From Gammaproteobacteria bacterium (GTDB lineage Bacteria; Pseudomonadota; Gammaproteobacteria; Eutrophobiales; Eutrophobiaceae): a stretch of 64,000 bases of DNA. The DNA lies in NCBI GenBank assembly GCA_965221695.1, contig OZ244905.1:96001-160000 (forward strand), given 5' to 3'. The notes under the pieces are model-generated. The model saw only the letters and a program-made list of their open reading frames with translations, did not search any database and was not told where the DNA came from. Numbering within the stretch: position 1 is the stretch's first letter; each line of letters begins with the position of its first letter. Shown in pieces: positions 26,781 through 37,853 of the stretch. Made by a program: the position numbers and the translations under genes.

Positions 26781-28502
26781 ATGCGAGATAATCGTTTCTC
26801 GGATAAGTTGATCATAGTTTTCTGTCTGATGACCGGCAGCGCACACGCGGGGCCGCAATTGCACGCGCAAGTGGAAGCCTACATTGGTCAGTGGGTTGAG
26901 TTTTATCCCAGCGAGGCGCTGAGTAACGGTCTGAAAAGCGCCGCATGGAAGTTCGAGGATGTTTCCGGCAACAGGGTTGCGCGCTGGGTCGACTATAATC
27001 AGCGCGCCCTGAAAGCGCTTGAAGCTCTATCAGGACTGTCAACCGATGAACAGATCGACGCACGGGTTTTGCGGCGTCAGATCAGGCTGGAACTGGAGCG
27101 CTGGCAGCAGGATAATACGCTGGTTGATCAGCCGACCTGGTATGCCGAGGTAATATCCCATGCCCTGACTTATATTCTGGTGCGCGATCAGCTCGCCCCT
27201 GCTGAGAAGCTGCAAGCTGTGTTGCAAAGGCTGCGCGGGATACAGTCGCTGTGCGAGATCGGCATAAGCCGCTTGCGCCACGGCAGTCCTGAAAGAACGC
27301 AGCGGGCTGCGCAAATCCTGGAGCGCACAAAGCTGTTTTATCAGGACAGTTTGCCTGATTTGATACGCGACTGGTCCGAAGAAAATCAGCGGCAAAGCAC
27401 GCAGCTTGTTGACGATACCGCCAACTCGCTGGATGCTTTGACGCGTCATATTCGCGATAGCGTATTGCCGAATGCTGCCATCCCGGATCGGCTTGGCTAC
27501 GAGAATTATGCGCGTAAGCTAAAGATATTCACAGATAGTGAACTTACTCCGGCGCAACTCAGGGATCGCTCGGCGTCGGAGATTGAAGCAGTACGGGGGT
27601 TAATGGTCATCGAGGCAAAGGCCTGGTGGAAACAGTACAGAACGCAAACGCAGATGCCCACGGATGAAAATGATCTGCTGCAAGCAGTTATGTCGATCAT
27701 GGAGGAGGCCAGGTCGGACAATCGTTCGGATTTCCTGAAATTCTTTACCGAGCTGACGGATAAGGCTGAGCGGTTTCTGATCGAACACGACCTGGCGTCG
27801 ACGCCTTTGCCTCGCACCCTTTATGTGGGTCTGTCGCCGGATCACTTCTCCGGCGCCGCGTATGGGGGCGTCTATTCCAGCGGCCCGTTCAATCCCGACG
27901 CTGGCACTCTGTTTTACCTGCCATCCATACCCGATGATTCAACGCCAGAGCAAAAGAACGGGTTTTACCGTTCTTTCAATGACCATTTCAACACCATGAT
28001 CATCGCCCATGAAATCTATCCGGGACATTATCTGCAATACAAGGTCGCAGCCACCGCCGCGCCGGCCCTGCGCACATTGTTCTCCAACAGTGTCTATGTG
28101 GAAGGCTGGGGAACGTTCAGTGAAGAGTTGATGCTGAACGCCGGCTGGGACGACCATAACAGACTGACGCGTCTTGCGCATCTGAGGAAACGCCTGGAAA
28201 ACGCGACGCGCGCTTATGTCAGTGTGATGACGCATGTTCATGGCTGGAACAACCAACAAGTGATGGAATTTGCGGTCACACGCGGTTTGTTGCCGCCACA
28301 ATTTGCGCTCAACTTGTGGGTCAGGGCGATGAATAATCCAATGCAGATCCCAAGCTACTTCCTCGGTTTTCACGGTTTCAAGGCATTGTGGGAAGAACAA
28401 AACCAGCGTCTGGGCGAGAATTTCAATCCCCGGCAATTCGTTGACAGCGTGCTGCGCGCAGGGCCGGCGCCGATGGATTTACTATCTTCAGTATTTAAAT
28501 GA
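26781..28502 (+). CDS. DUF885 family putative exported metallopeptidase
   Basis: Signal peptide, HEIYPGHYLQ, EGWG..SE, P.Q..SY..G. Confidence 0.8.
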   Translation: MRDNRFSDKLIIVFCLMTGSAHAGPQLHAQVEAYIGQWVEFYPSEALSNGLKSAAWKFEDVSGNRVARWVDYNQRALKALEALSGLSTDEQIDARVLRRQIRLELERWQQDNTLVDQPTWYAEVISHALTYILVRDQLAPAEKLQAVLQRLRGIQSLCEIGISRLRHGSPERTQRAAQILERTKLFYQDSLPDLIRDWSEENQRQSTQLVDDTANSLDALTRHIRDSVLPNAAIPDRLGYENYARKLKIFTDSELTPAQLRDRSASEIEAVRGLMVIEAKAWWKQYRTQTQMPTDENDLLQAVMSIMEEARSDNRSDFLKFFTELTDKAERFLIEHDLASTPLPRTLYVGLSPDHFSGAAYGGVYSSGPFNPDAGTLFYLPSIPDDSTPEQKNGFYRSFNDHFNTMIIAHEIYPGHYLQYKVAATAAPALRTLFSNSVYVEGWGTFSEELMLNAGWDDHNRLTRLAHLRKRLENATRAYVSVMTHVHGWNNQQVMEFAVTRGLLPPQFALNLWVRAMNNPMQIPSYFLGFHGFKALWEEQNQRLGENFNPRQFVDSVLRAGPAPMDLLSSVFK

Positions 28503-28557
28503 ATAAAATTATATAAATTATTGTTTATAATAACAATATATGAATTAATTTAATGAT

Positions 28558-30066
28558 ATGAGTTTGTCAGGCGCCTCGGAAATTACCAACGCCCAACCCC
28601 TCCATCCGCCCGGTCTGCGCACGCTGTTCTTCACCGAGATGTGGGAACGGTTCAGTTATTACGGTATGCGAGCATTGCTGGTGCTGTTCATGACTGCCGC
28701 GGTTGCTGAAGGCGGTCTGGGCATGGATGATGTGACTGCCACTGCAATTTACGGACTGTACTCGGCTGCCGTTTACCTGGCGGCCTTGCCAGGCGGCTGG
28801 ATCGCTGACCGTCTGCTCGGCGCCCAGGATGCTGTTTGGTATGGGGGCATCGTCATCATGTTGGGCCATTTTACATTGGCCATCCCGGCAGTTCCCACAT
28901 TCTATATCGGCCTGGTGTTGGTGGCGCTGGGCACTGGCCTGCTGAAACCTAATATCAGCGCCATTGTCGGCGAATTGTACCCGCAAGGCGGCTCCGGTAG
29001 GGACGCCGGATATACCATCTTCTATATGGGCATCAACCTGGGCGCAATGCTCGGGCCATTGGTGTGTAGCGCCTTGGGAGAGAGCGGCCGGTTCGGTTGG
29101 CATTATGGATTTGCCGCAGCCGGCATAGGCATGTTACTGGGGTTAATCCAGTACCGGCACAGCCGCCACCGACTCAAGGGTGCGGGGCTGTTCCCGGCGC
29201 ATCTTCGTCCAGATACTGAGATTGAAAGCGCCCCGCGTTTTGGCTGGTTAATCGTCGGCATTGGCCTGGGATTGGTGATTTTCATCGTATTGCTGGGTGT
29301 AACAGGTGTTGTCCGCTTTGATGCGTTGCGTTTGGCGCACGGCTCAACCTATCTGCTCACAACCATCATGGCATTGTATTTCGCGTATGTGTTCGTGTGC
29401 GGCAATCTGACCGGCGCAGAGAACAAGCACATGGTGGTGATAGTCATCCTGGTCATTGCCGAAGCTGTTTTCTGGTCGGGCTTTGAACAGGCCGGCTCAT
29501 CCCTGAACCTTTTTGCCCAGCGTTATACGGAGCGGGAACTACTGGGCTTTAATATACCGGCAGGCTGGTTTCTGAGTCTGAATCCACTGTTTATCCTGAT
29601 CCTGGCGCCATTCATGGCAGCCTTGTGGGTTAACCTGGGGCGGCGCAATCTTGATCCCTCAATCCCGATCAAGTTCTCCCTGGGCCTGATTCAGCTTGGC
29701 CTTGGATTTTTAGTCATGTTTCTGGCTGCGCGCCTGGTGGCCGCCGGCGCAAACGTGTTACCCACCTGGCTGTTTTTTACCTATCTGCTGCACACGACCG
29801 GCGAATTGTGTTTAAGTCCGGTAGGCCTGAGCGCCATCAGCAAGCTATCGCCAAAACGGTACCTGAGCCAGATGATGGGAATCTGGTTTCTCGGCTCCGC
29901 GCTGGGCAACCTGATTGCGGGCTTGCTCGCGGGCCGATTTGACCCAGAAGCGTTGAGCGATATGCCTGGTTTGTACCTGCAAATCTTTGCCGTGACAGTA
30001 GGGGCCGGGCTGGTGTTGTTGTGTTTGGCCAGACCTGTCAGGAAGTTTATCGGTGGCAAGGCTTAA
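28558..30066 (+). CDS. POT/PTR family proton-dependent oligopeptide transporter
   Basis: EMWERFSYYGMR, GTGLLKPN, FYMGINLG, GELCLSPVGLS. Confidence 0.93.
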   Translation: MSLSGASEITNAQPLHPPGLRTLFFTEMWERFSYYGMRALLVLFMTAAVAEGGLGMDDVTATAIYGLYSAAVYLAALPGGWIADRLLGAQDAVWYGGIVIMLGHFTLAIPAVPTFYIGLVLVALGTGLLKPNISAIVGELYPQGGSGRDAGYTIFYMGINLGAMLGPLVCSALGESGRFGWHYGFAAAGIGMLLGLIQYRHSRHRLKGAGLFPAHLRPDTEIESAPRFGWLIVGIGLGLVIFIVLLGVTGVVRFDALRLAHGSTYLLTTIMALYFAYVFVCGNLTGAENKHMVVIVILVIAEAVFWSGFEQAGSSLNLFAQRYTERELLGFNIPAGWFLSLNPLFILILAPFMAALWVNLGRRNLDPSIPIKFSLGLIQLGLGFLVMFLAARLVAAGANVLPTWLFFTYLLHTTGELCLSPVGLSAISKLSPKRYLSQMMGIWFLGSALGNLIAGLLAGRFDPEALSDMPGLYLQIFAVTVGAGLVLLCLARPVRKFIGGKA

Positions 30067-30214
30067 TTACCCTGCATATTTACTTTAATGTTGTGTCAAA
30101 CCAACATTTTTTTGAAAGATTGCTATTGAAACAACAAAATATCTGGGCTAAACTCGGCTCAGATTGTTAATAATCCAAACAAAGCCAATCACACAGGTCA
30201 GAAGGGGAAAAATA

Positions 30215-32506
30215 ATGTACGGCAAAAATGTCTTTAAGAATTCATGCAGCAGCGCGCGCTGCGCGATGACGGGTTTTGGAATACTGCTGCTGGCATTTTC
30301 CAGCGCCATCGTTGCCCAGGATAGCGTCGGGATTGAGGAGGTGGTGGTCACCGCGCAACGGCGTGAGCAGAACCTGCAGGATGTGCCAATCAGCATCTCC
30401 GCGTTCAGCGCGGACGCGGTTGAGGCTAATATGTTTCAGGATGTAACTGATTATGTCGTTCGTACCCCGAATGCCGCATGGACCTCAGTCGGTTCCAGGT
30501 CGCGGCGGGAATTGTCCATTCGCGGCGCTTCAAACCTTTTGAATGTTAACCGCACAATGAGGCCTTCGACCTTTGCGTTTTACTTGGATGATTTCAGTAT
30601 CGTCGGTAGTTCGGCTAACCCCCCTGTCATGGACGTAGAGCGTATTGAGGTGCTGCGCGGCCCCCAGGCGACTTACTTCGGCAGAAATGCCATGGCAGGC
30701 GGCGTGAATATGACATCAAAAAAGCCCCATAATGACCTGGCTGGTTCGATCATGGTGGATTATTCCCGATTTGATACCAAGGATGTGGAAGGTGTTGTAA
30801 ATCTACCGATCATGAAGGATGTCTTGGCCATGCGTGGCAATATCAAGTACTCCGAATCAGATGGGAATATCAAGAATATCAATCCAATCGGCGGTGGCAA
30901 TGACTCGGAATACAAGTATGCCAGGACGATAATTCGTTTTACCCCGAATGAAAATCTAACAGTGGATGTAACAGGAACACTTGTGTCTGAGAGAGTTGGA
31001 ATGCGTGAGGGTGTCCCGAGCGGGGTTTTCTCCGATTTTGGTAATTTTCTTTATCAAAGAGACAGCATTAGATTCCCTGACGCCAACAACGATGGCATTC
31101 GTGAACCACTTCATGATGGTATAGGCTTCTATCCTGAAAATAGAAACCGGGTCAACTTTGATCATCCCCAGAAAGTGGGAACAAATTACCGAATGATAAC
31201 TGGCCGGGTAGATTATGAGTTGGGCAACCTATTGTTCACAAGCATTACTGGCTATATTGACTCCGATTTTTACCTGAGTGGCGATGTCGATGGCTCCAGT
31301 ATTGATGGATGGAACGAATTCCGCAATATCGAACGCGATAGCTTCAGTCAGGAAGTGCGGATACAAAATGCCAATGAAGGTCGCTTTCAGTGGAATATAG
31401 GAGGACTTTATGCCGAGGACAGCGGAAATTTCAGGAGCACAACATTTACCGGCGTGGATAATGGGTTTGGCGCGCCTGCTGGTGTGCCTGTCAGTGACGG
31501 TAATGACTTCGAAGGGACTGAAACCTGGGCTATATTCGGCCAGTTTGACGCAGACTTCAATGAAAAACTGTCTATTTCACTGGGTGGTCGCTATAGTGAA
31601 GAAACTCTGGATGCTGATGTAGATTATCTTGCCGCGACGTTTCGGCAAGTCGCTACGGTAAAACAAAAATATACTAATTTTTCACCCCGGTTCGCGGTCA
31701 ACTTTAGTGTAGTCGAAGACATCAACCTGTACGGAACAATCTCAAAGGGCTTCAAGTCTGCCGGGATCAATACTGATGCTGCAATTATTTCGCTTGAGAC
31801 TGGCTCCGAGGAACTTACCCGGTTCTATGAGCCAGAGACAATGTGGAATTATGAACTTGGTGTCAAAGCAGATCTTTTTAATAACCGGCTCAGAGTCAAC
31901 GCGGCAGCATTTTATATGAAATGGACGGATATGCAGGCAGACTTTCTGCAGTTTGTGGAGATAGAGGGCGCGCTGGCAGGTTTTGATATAGTCAGCAATG
32001 CAGAATCTGCTACCTCGAAAGGCGTTGAACTATCGCTTACTGCGTTGCCTATAGATAATTTCAGGATGAATCTGGATATCGGTTATCTGAGCGCAAAGTT
32101 TGACAAAGCCGTTATCTTTATTGAGGGAGAGAACCGCGTATTGGATGGTCATCGCACACCTTTATCCCCCGAGTGGACCTTGGCCGCTGATGCCGAATAT
32201 ATGTTTAATATCGCGCCGAATTATGACGGTTTTGCACGATTGGAGTGGACTTACAGGGATGGCACCAGGACCAATACTGCAGGGTTGATACACGAAGGGT
32301 TCCCCTATGAATCGCCCAGTTATGATTTTTTCAATTTGCGTGCTGGCGTGCGTCATAAAAACTTTACGATCACTGGTTATGCCGAGAACCTGTTTGATAA
32401 TAATTATTATCCGAATGCCTATATCAAGGCATGGGCCAGCGGCATGTCTGTTGAACCGTCCTTCCGAACTTATGGCATTCGCGTGCGATATACTTACGGC
32501 GAATAG
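30215..32506 (+). CDS. TonB-dependent receptor
   Basis: IEEVVVTAQRREQ.LQDVP, RIEVLRGPQ.T.FG, C-terminal RTYG.RV.Y; ATG 30215 follows a purine-rich RBS. Confidence 0.92.
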   Translation: MYGKNVFKNSCSSARCAMTGFGILLLAFSSAIVAQDSVGIEEVVVTAQRREQNLQDVPISISAFSADAVEANMFQDVTDYVVRTPNAAWTSVGSRSRRELSIRGASNLLNVNRTMRPSTFAFYLDDFSIVGSSANPPVMDVERIEVLRGPQATYFGRNAMAGGVNMTSKKPHNDLAGSIMVDYSRFDTKDVEGVVNLPIMKDVLAMRGNIKYSESDGNIKNINPIGGGNDSEYKYARTIIRFTPNENLTVDVTGTLVSERVGMREGVPSGVFSDFGNFLYQRDSIRFPDANNDGIREPLHDGIGFYPENRNRVNFDHPQKVGTNYRMITGRVDYELGNLLFTSITGYIDSDFYLSGDVDGSSIDGWNEFRNIERDSFSQEVRIQNANEGRFQWNIGGLYAEDSGNFRSTTFTGVDNGFGAPAGVPVSDGNDFEGTETWAIFGQFDADFNEKLSISLGGRYSEETLDADVDYLAATFRQVATVKQKYTNFSPRFAVNFSVVEDINLYGTISKGFKSAGINTDAAIISLETGSEELTRFYEPETMWNYELGVKADLFNNRLRVNAAAFYMKWTDMQADFLQFVEIEGALAGFDIVSNAESATSKGVELSLTALPIDNFRMNLDIGYLSAKFDKAVIFIEGENRVLDGHRTPLSPEWTLAADAEYMFNIAPNYDGFARLEWTYRDGTRTNTAGLIHEGFPYESPSYDFFNLRAGVRHKNFTITGYAENLFDNNYYPNAYIKAWASGMSVEPSFRTYGIRVRYTYGE

Positions 32507-32509
32507 GAT

Positions 32510-32607
32510 TTAAGGAGGAGGAGGCTCTGAACAAGTTCGTCTTGGACTTGTTCAGGGTGACACATCCGTATCGCGTTTGAACCTCTGATTAATCAGAGGT
32601 TCTTTGA
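32510..32607. repeat. Internally deleted family-1 MITE copy (hairpin B, remnant of a middle hairpin, hairpin A)
   Basis: TTAA-GGAGGAGGAGGCTCTGAACAAGT...ACTTGTTCAG, ACATCCGTATCG, GAACCTCTGATTAATCAGAGGTTC. Confidence 0.75.
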
Positions 32608-32698
32608 TTTTCTATATGGAAAATGTTTCCGGCTTTAGCCATTACGCGGGCTGCGAACACATACGTGGCAATATCATATCTGGTAGGAGGGAGGTGAG

Positions 32699-33985
32699 AT
32701 GAGCATTATCCTAAGACTATTCAGTGTTATCTGTCTGATTTTTCTAGCTATATTCGTTCAAGCAAATGAAACGACGGCCGCTACCGCCATTGTCGGCGGC
32801 ACGGTGGTTGACCTGGATGGGAAAGCGCCGATTGAAAACGCTGTCATCCTTGTGGAAGGGGAGCGGATCACAGCAATCGGCGAAGTTGGCAAGATCAATA
32901 TTCCTGACGGCGCCAGACAGATAGATGCGAAAAACAACTGGTTAATCCCCGGCCTCATGAACATGCATGTTCACCTGGGGCTGATTCTGCCGGGCAAGAT
33001 GAAGGCTGAACTGTACAACGAAAGTGAAGCGGCGTTGGCGCTGCGCATGGCCGCGGCGGCGCGGGAGACCCTGCAAGCCGGGGTCACTACCATTCGTTTG
33101 CCGGGCGATACCGCGCATGCAGACCTGGCCCTGATGCGGGCGATTAACAAAGGCCAGGCCGATGGACCGCGCATCTTCAGTTCCGGCGAAGCGCTGACGA
33201 TCACCGCGGGGCACGGGTCGAAAAAAGACGGCAAAGGCAATTATGACGGCCCGGATGAATTGGTGAAAGCGGCGCGCACGCAGATCAGCGCGGGCGCCAA
33301 ATGGATCAAGATACTCATATCGGGTGGAATAGCCACCGATGGCGGCGGTCTTGACGCGGCGCTGATGACGCCTGAAGAAATTCATGCTGTCATCGACGCG
33401 GCCCACCGGTTTGGTGTCAAGGTAACGGCCCATTCCGGTTCCCCGAGCGCGACCAACGTTGCCATAGATGCCGGACTTGATTGCGTCGAACATGGCTATT
33501 TCCTGGATCGTCCAACCCTGAAGAAAATGAAACAGAACGGCGTCTGGCTGGTGCCCACCATTGTCGTCAGCCAGCCTGCCACCGAACCATTTTTCAAGCG
33601 AATTGGTTCCCCGCCCTGGTACCTGGAACGCCGTAATTCCGCCGGCAAATCGCACTGGAAGGCGTTGCAGATGGCCATTGAAGAAGGCGTCGACATCGCC
33701 TTGGGCACCGACCAGTTGCCGCACGAGCCCAATGACGGGACTACCGCGACCGCGCGCGAGGCCCAATACTACGTGGAAGCAGGCATGACGCCGTTGCAGG
33801 CATTACGCTCCGCCACCATTGAAAGCGCCAGGCTGCTTGAAGCTGAAGACGAAATCGGCTCGCTCGAAGCAGGCAAATACGCGGACATCGTCGCTGTGAA
33901 CAAGGACCCCACCGAGGACATCAAAGCATTGCGCAATATACTGCTGGTGATGAAAGGCGGCAAGGTTTACCGCAATAATCTTTAG
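32699..33985 (+). CDS. Exported metal-dependent amidohydrolase (Xaa-Pro dipeptidase-like)
   Basis: Signal peptide, PGL.NMHVH, IK..ISGG, AH, EHG, GTD, GKYAD, VMKGG. Confidence 0.88.
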   Translation: MSIILRLFSVICLIFLAIFVQANETTAATAIVGGTVVDLDGKAPIENAVILVEGERITAIGEVGKINIPDGARQIDAKNNWLIPGLMNMHVHLGLILPGKMKAELYNESEAALALRMAAAARETLQAGVTTIRLPGDTAHADLALMRAINKGQADGPRIFSSGEALTITAGHGSKKDGKGNYDGPDELVKAARTQISAGAKWIKILISGGIATDGGGLDAALMTPEEIHAVIDAAHRFGVKVTAHSGSPSATNVAIDAGLDCVEHGYFLDRPTLKKMKQNGVWLVPTIVVSQPATEPFFKRIGSPPWYLERRNSAGKSHWKALQMAIEEGVDIALGTDQLPHEPNDGTTATAREAQYYVEAGMTPLQALRSATIESARLLEAEDEIGSLEAGKYADIVAVNKDPTEDIKALRNILLVMKGGKVYRNNL

Positions 33986-33994
33986 TTGGCCGCG

Positions 33995-35392
33995 ATGAAA
34001 AGGCTTGCCGGGCTGGTTTTCGCGCTGTTATCGGCGCTGTCAGCATGCTCGGAAAAACAGCCCGACCCTGCCGGTGAGATCCTGGTTAAGCGGGTCACGC
34101 TGATCGACGGGACCGGCGATCAGCCACAGGTCGGTGTCGATGTACGCATATCCGCCGGGAGGATTGCTGATATCGGCGCTGACTTATCGACTGCACCAAA
34201 CACAGAGACGATTGACGGCAGCGGGAAATATATGATTCCCGGTTTAATCGACGCGCATGTCCACCTGGACGCGCCGATTGTCTTCCAACTCACGCCGGAA
34301 GAAAAAGCGCAGATCATCGAACATACCCCGAAGGCTTTTCTGTATAACGGCGTCACCTCGGTTCTCAACGTTTCCTCAGAAGTGGACTGGATTTTTGAAC
34401 AACGTCAGGCCGAACGGGAGGACCGGCTGCTGTCTCCGCGCATCTATGCCATGGGCCGTTCTTTTACGCCGGTAGATGGTTGGGGCAGCAGGCATGGTGG
34501 CGCCTTGGCAAATTCCGAGGAAGCGCTGGAACGGGCCCGCGACTACATCAGCCGGGGCACGGATGGTTTCAAGGTGATCATCGAGGACGGCCTGGGCGCT
34601 TCCGGGACTTATGTCAGGATGAGCGATGAGATGATGATGGCTATTTCAAACATTGCCCAGGAGAACGATGTTCCCATCTATACCCATGCCATCAACCTGG
34701 ACGAATTCCATTCGGCTGTCGCCATGTCCTCCACGGCGATTGTCCACGGGCTTGAAGACCCGATTCCGCCGGGCGATACCATCCTGCAGGACATGGCAGA
34801 GAATAACGTGATGCTTGTTCCCACCCACAGCCTTTGGGAGGCGTTCCTGCGTCACGACGAAGCCGCGGCTGATCTGAATGATCCGATTTTGCGCGACAGT
34901 GTTCCCCATTTTCTGCTGGATTATATGCAGGACCCGGCATACCGCGCCGAGGAGACTCGCCGCTTCCTGGCGGTTGCCAATATGCCGGTTTACCAATGGG
35001 CCGAAGAGAAGATACCGGTATTTCGTGAGAATATCCTGAAGGCGCACCAGGCAGGTGTTGTGCTTGCCACAGGCACCGACGCCGGTGGACCGGTCGGCTA
35101 TAACTTCCAGGGCTACAATCTGCCTTGGGAAGTCAAACTGTTCGTACAAGCGGGCTTGACTCCGATGGAAGCCCTGGTGGCGGCCACCCGCAACGGCGCC
35201 CGGGTGATTGGCGTCGAGGATCAACTGGGCACGGTGGAAGTCGGCAAACTGGCCGACCTGTTGATCCTGATGGCCAATCCGCTGGAAGACATCGAAAACA
35301 TCCGCCAGATAGAAACCGTAGTATACAAAGGCAAGGCTTACCCGCGTAGCGCGTTTGCCTACCAACCCTCAAATACAGGAGCTGAAAAATGA
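33995..35392 (+). CDS. Lipoprotein amidohydrolase
   Basis: Lipobox LSAC, PGLIDAHVH, GTDAG, GKLADL. Confidence 0.88.
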   Translation: MKRLAGLVFALLSALSACSEKQPDPAGEILVKRVTLIDGTGDQPQVGVDVRISAGRIADIGADLSTAPNTETIDGSGKYMIPGLIDAHVHLDAPIVFQLTPEEKAQIIEHTPKAFLYNGVTSVLNVSSEVDWIFEQRQAEREDRLLSPRIYAMGRSFTPVDGWGSRHGGALANSEEALERARDYISRGTDGFKVIIEDGLGASGTYVRMSDEMMMAISNIAQENDVPIYTHAINLDEFHSAVAMSSTAIVHGLEDPIPPGDTILQDMAENNVMLVPTHSLWEAFLRHDEAAADLNDPILRDSVPHFLLDYMQDPAYRAEETRRFLAVANMPVYQWAEEKIPVFRENILKAHQAGVVLATGTDAGGPVGYNFQGYNLPWEVKLFVQAGLTPMEALVAATRNGARVIGVEDQLGTVEVGKLADLLILMANPLEDIENIRQIETVVYKGKAYPRSAFAYQPSNTGAEK

Positions 35393-37674
35393 ACCTACCA
35401 AAGAGCCTTATAAAGTATGGAGTTCGTTATATTCTATCCAGTTGTATACTTGTTCTAACGTTTGGATTTGCGCCCTTGGCGCTGTCCCAAATCGAGGAAA
35501 TTGTAGTAACCGCCACCAAGCGCGGCGATGAATTGATCCAGGATATACCACTGTCCGTCCAGGCGATCAGCGGAGACAGCTTGCAAGAAATAGGAGCGCT
35601 GGATTTCAATGATTATTACCGCCAGATACCGGGGTTGAGCGTTGTCGACCAGGGCCCCGGTGACAAACGTTACATCATACGCGGGATCATGTCCGCCGGC
35701 GCTGGCACCGTTGGCCTGTATTTCGATGAAATCGTAGTTACCGGAAATATGTTGACCACGGATGGCGGAAGATCGATAGATATCAAGTTGTTCGATATGG
35801 ATCGTATAGAAGTGTTAAAAGGGCCCCAGGGAACGACTTTCGGCTCAAGCTCACTTTCCGGGGCAATCAGGTGGATCCCGGCGTATCCGGATATGGCCCA
35901 GGCTTCTATGGATGTCGGCGCGGGGTTCAATTCCACCCGCCACTCGGACGGACTGGGTTACACGGTGGACGCTATGGTTAACATACCCATCGTCAAGGAC
36001 AGGGTGGGGCTCAGGTTTGCCGGGATCAAGATCGATAATGACGGTTATATCGACAATCAGTTCCGGGAAGATGCCAATGATGATGACACCGAAGCCTTAC
36101 GCGGCATACTGGCTGTCCAGGTTACGGACAACCTGAAATTTTCAATCATGGGCATGCATCAGGATGCAAAAACCCATGCTCGTGCCGGATGGATGGATCA
36201 GTTGATTGATCTTCCCGCAAGCCCGACACTGAACGGCGGCCCCACGCCCACCAGGTACTACAATACGGACCTGTCCGATGCCGGTTTTCTTGACAAGAGC
36301 AACATGTACAACGTCAAGTTTGAGTATGATCCCGACTGGGGCAATGTCATCTTCACCTCATCCCTGCTCCAGCGTGATACTGATCTTAACCGGGACGCCT
36401 CCGCAGAGATTGAGATCATCACCCGGCTGGGATTTCCTGCGGACGGTACCGGACAGTCATATATCGTTCAGCCCCAGAATCGTGAGCTGTTCACCAATGA
36501 AATCCGTTTCGCCTCCAGTTGGGACAGCCCTTTTCAGGTATTGATCGGCGGGTTCCGCCAATCAGAGGAACGTTTCTTCAGGAGCAAGGTGATTACGGTA
36601 GATCCGGTGTCCGGCAGAACCACCCCTGAGTCGATTTCATTGCTGGACCGCACGGTTGACACATCAGTTGATGAGAAGGCGCTGTTCGGTGAATTGTCCT
36701 GGGACGTAACAGAACAACTGAACGTGACGGGCGGTTTCCGCTGGTTTGATTTCAACCTGGTGGAAAACGCCGCAGCGGTTACCGGCTTCCCCGGGAGACC
36801 CGGCAGCGGGCCCGGTCCGCAACTTGCGTTTGGCGAGAAAGACATCATTTTCAAGGCAAATGTGTCCTTTGAAATGACTGATGACCTCATGGGCTACTTC
36901 CAGTTTGCCCAAGGATTCCGTTCAGGCGGCCCGAACGACCAGACGGCCGCCAGTATTGCCGGCGTGACCATCCCCGCGGGCTTCGGTTCCGACTCGGTGG
37001 ACAGTTACGAAGTCGGGATCAAAAGCGCCTGGATGGATAATAAGCTGATCTTTAATGGCGCGTTTTATTTGCTTGACTGGACTGATATTCAGGCCCGACA
37101 ACAGGCAACCGCGCCGGGCGGTTTGACCTTCTCCTACCGGGGTAATGGCGGCTCTGCGGAAACCATCGGAATGGAGCTGCAAGGCCAGTTCTACCCCATG
37201 GAAGGACTGCAGTTCGGATTTACCGTGAACTACAATGATGCGGAACTGACCGCTGATGCGCCCATACCAGCCAACGGCATGGATGGCGATAAAATTCCCC
37301 ATGTGCCGGAATTCTCCTTCAGTCTGAACGGCCGCTATGAACGGCCCTTGGGCTGGAACGATTGGACCGGGTTCATCAGCGGTGATTTTTCCTGGGTGGA
37401 TGAGCAGAGAAGCCAGCTAAGGCCGACTTTTATCACCTACCGCGAGATGGATGATTACTCCATCCTGAACCTGAGAGCGGGAGTTGACGGCAATGGCTGG
37501 TCGGCCGTGTTGAGCGTCGAAAACGTGCTGGATGAGGATGAGACTCTGGCGTACCTCTTTAACGGTGGCAACCAGCCATCCCGACTCGGTCTGCCTGGCT
37601 GGGTTCCGCCCGGTATGGTCCGTCCCTGGCCGCGCATGGTCTCATTTTCGTTGCGCAAATCATTCGATTTTTAA
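35389..37674 (+). CDS. TonB-dependent receptor
   Basis: IEEIVVTATKR, RIEVLKGPQGT.FG, C-terminal Phe; ATGA overlap with the upstream amidohydrolase. Confidence 0.92.
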   Translation: MNLPKSLIKYGVRYILSSCILVLTFGFAPLALSQIEEIVVTATKRGDELIQDIPLSVQAISGDSLQEIGALDFNDYYRQIPGLSVVDQGPGDKRYIIRGIMSAGAGTVGLYFDEIVVTGNMLTTDGGRSIDIKLFDMDRIEVLKGPQGTTFGSSSLSGAIRWIPAYPDMAQASMDVGAGFNSTRHSDGLGYTVDAMVNIPIVKDRVGLRFAGIKIDNDGYIDNQFREDANDDDTEALRGILAVQVTDNLKFSIMGMHQDAKTHARAGWMDQLIDLPASPTLNGGPTPTRYYNTDLSDAGFLDKSNMYNVKFEYDPDWGNVIFTSSLLQRDTDLNRDASAEIEIITRLGFPADGTGQSYIVQPQNRELFTNEIRFASSWDSPFQVLIGGFRQSEERFFRSKVITVDPVSGRTTPESISLLDRTVDTSVDEKALFGELSWDVTEQLNVTGGFRWFDFNLVENAAAVTGFPGRPGSGPGPQLAFGEKDIIFKANVSFEMTDDLMGYFQFAQGFRSGGPNDQTAASIAGVTIPAGFGSDSVDSYEVGIKSAWMDNKLIFNGAFYLLDWTDIQARQQATAPGGLTFSYRGNGGSAETIGMELQGQFYPMEGLQFGFTVNYNDAELTADAPIPANGMDGDKIPHVPEFSFSLNGRYERPLGWNDWTGFISGDFSWVDEQRSQLRPTFITYREMDDYSILNLRAGVDGNGWSAVLSVENVLDEDETLAYLFNGGNQPSRLGLPGWVPPGMVRPWPRMVSFSLRKSFDF
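37567..37674 (+). repeat. 108-bp direct repeat, copy 1 (3' end of the TonB receptor gene)
   Basis: Matches 39991-40098 except for one base. Confidence 0.95.
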
Positions 37675-37679
37675 ATAAC

Positions 37680-37718
37680 GGAAGCTCTGAACAAGTCCAT
37701 CCAGGACTTGTTCAGAGC
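37680..37718. repeat. Family-1 hairpin B / MITE end
   Basis: GCTCTGAACAAGTCC-atcca-GGACTTGTTCAGAGC with perfect 15-bp arms, preceded by GGAA. Confidence 0.85.
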
Positions 37719-37853
37719 GCGCCTTCTGGGGGTGGATAGGGTGTTCTGCATATAAGGTCAGACCAATCCAGCCTAACAGAAGCTATTGATAGTTATGAGA
37801 ATTTGCAAAAGCAGACATGCTGTCACACTAAAATAACGGACACACCACCGACC

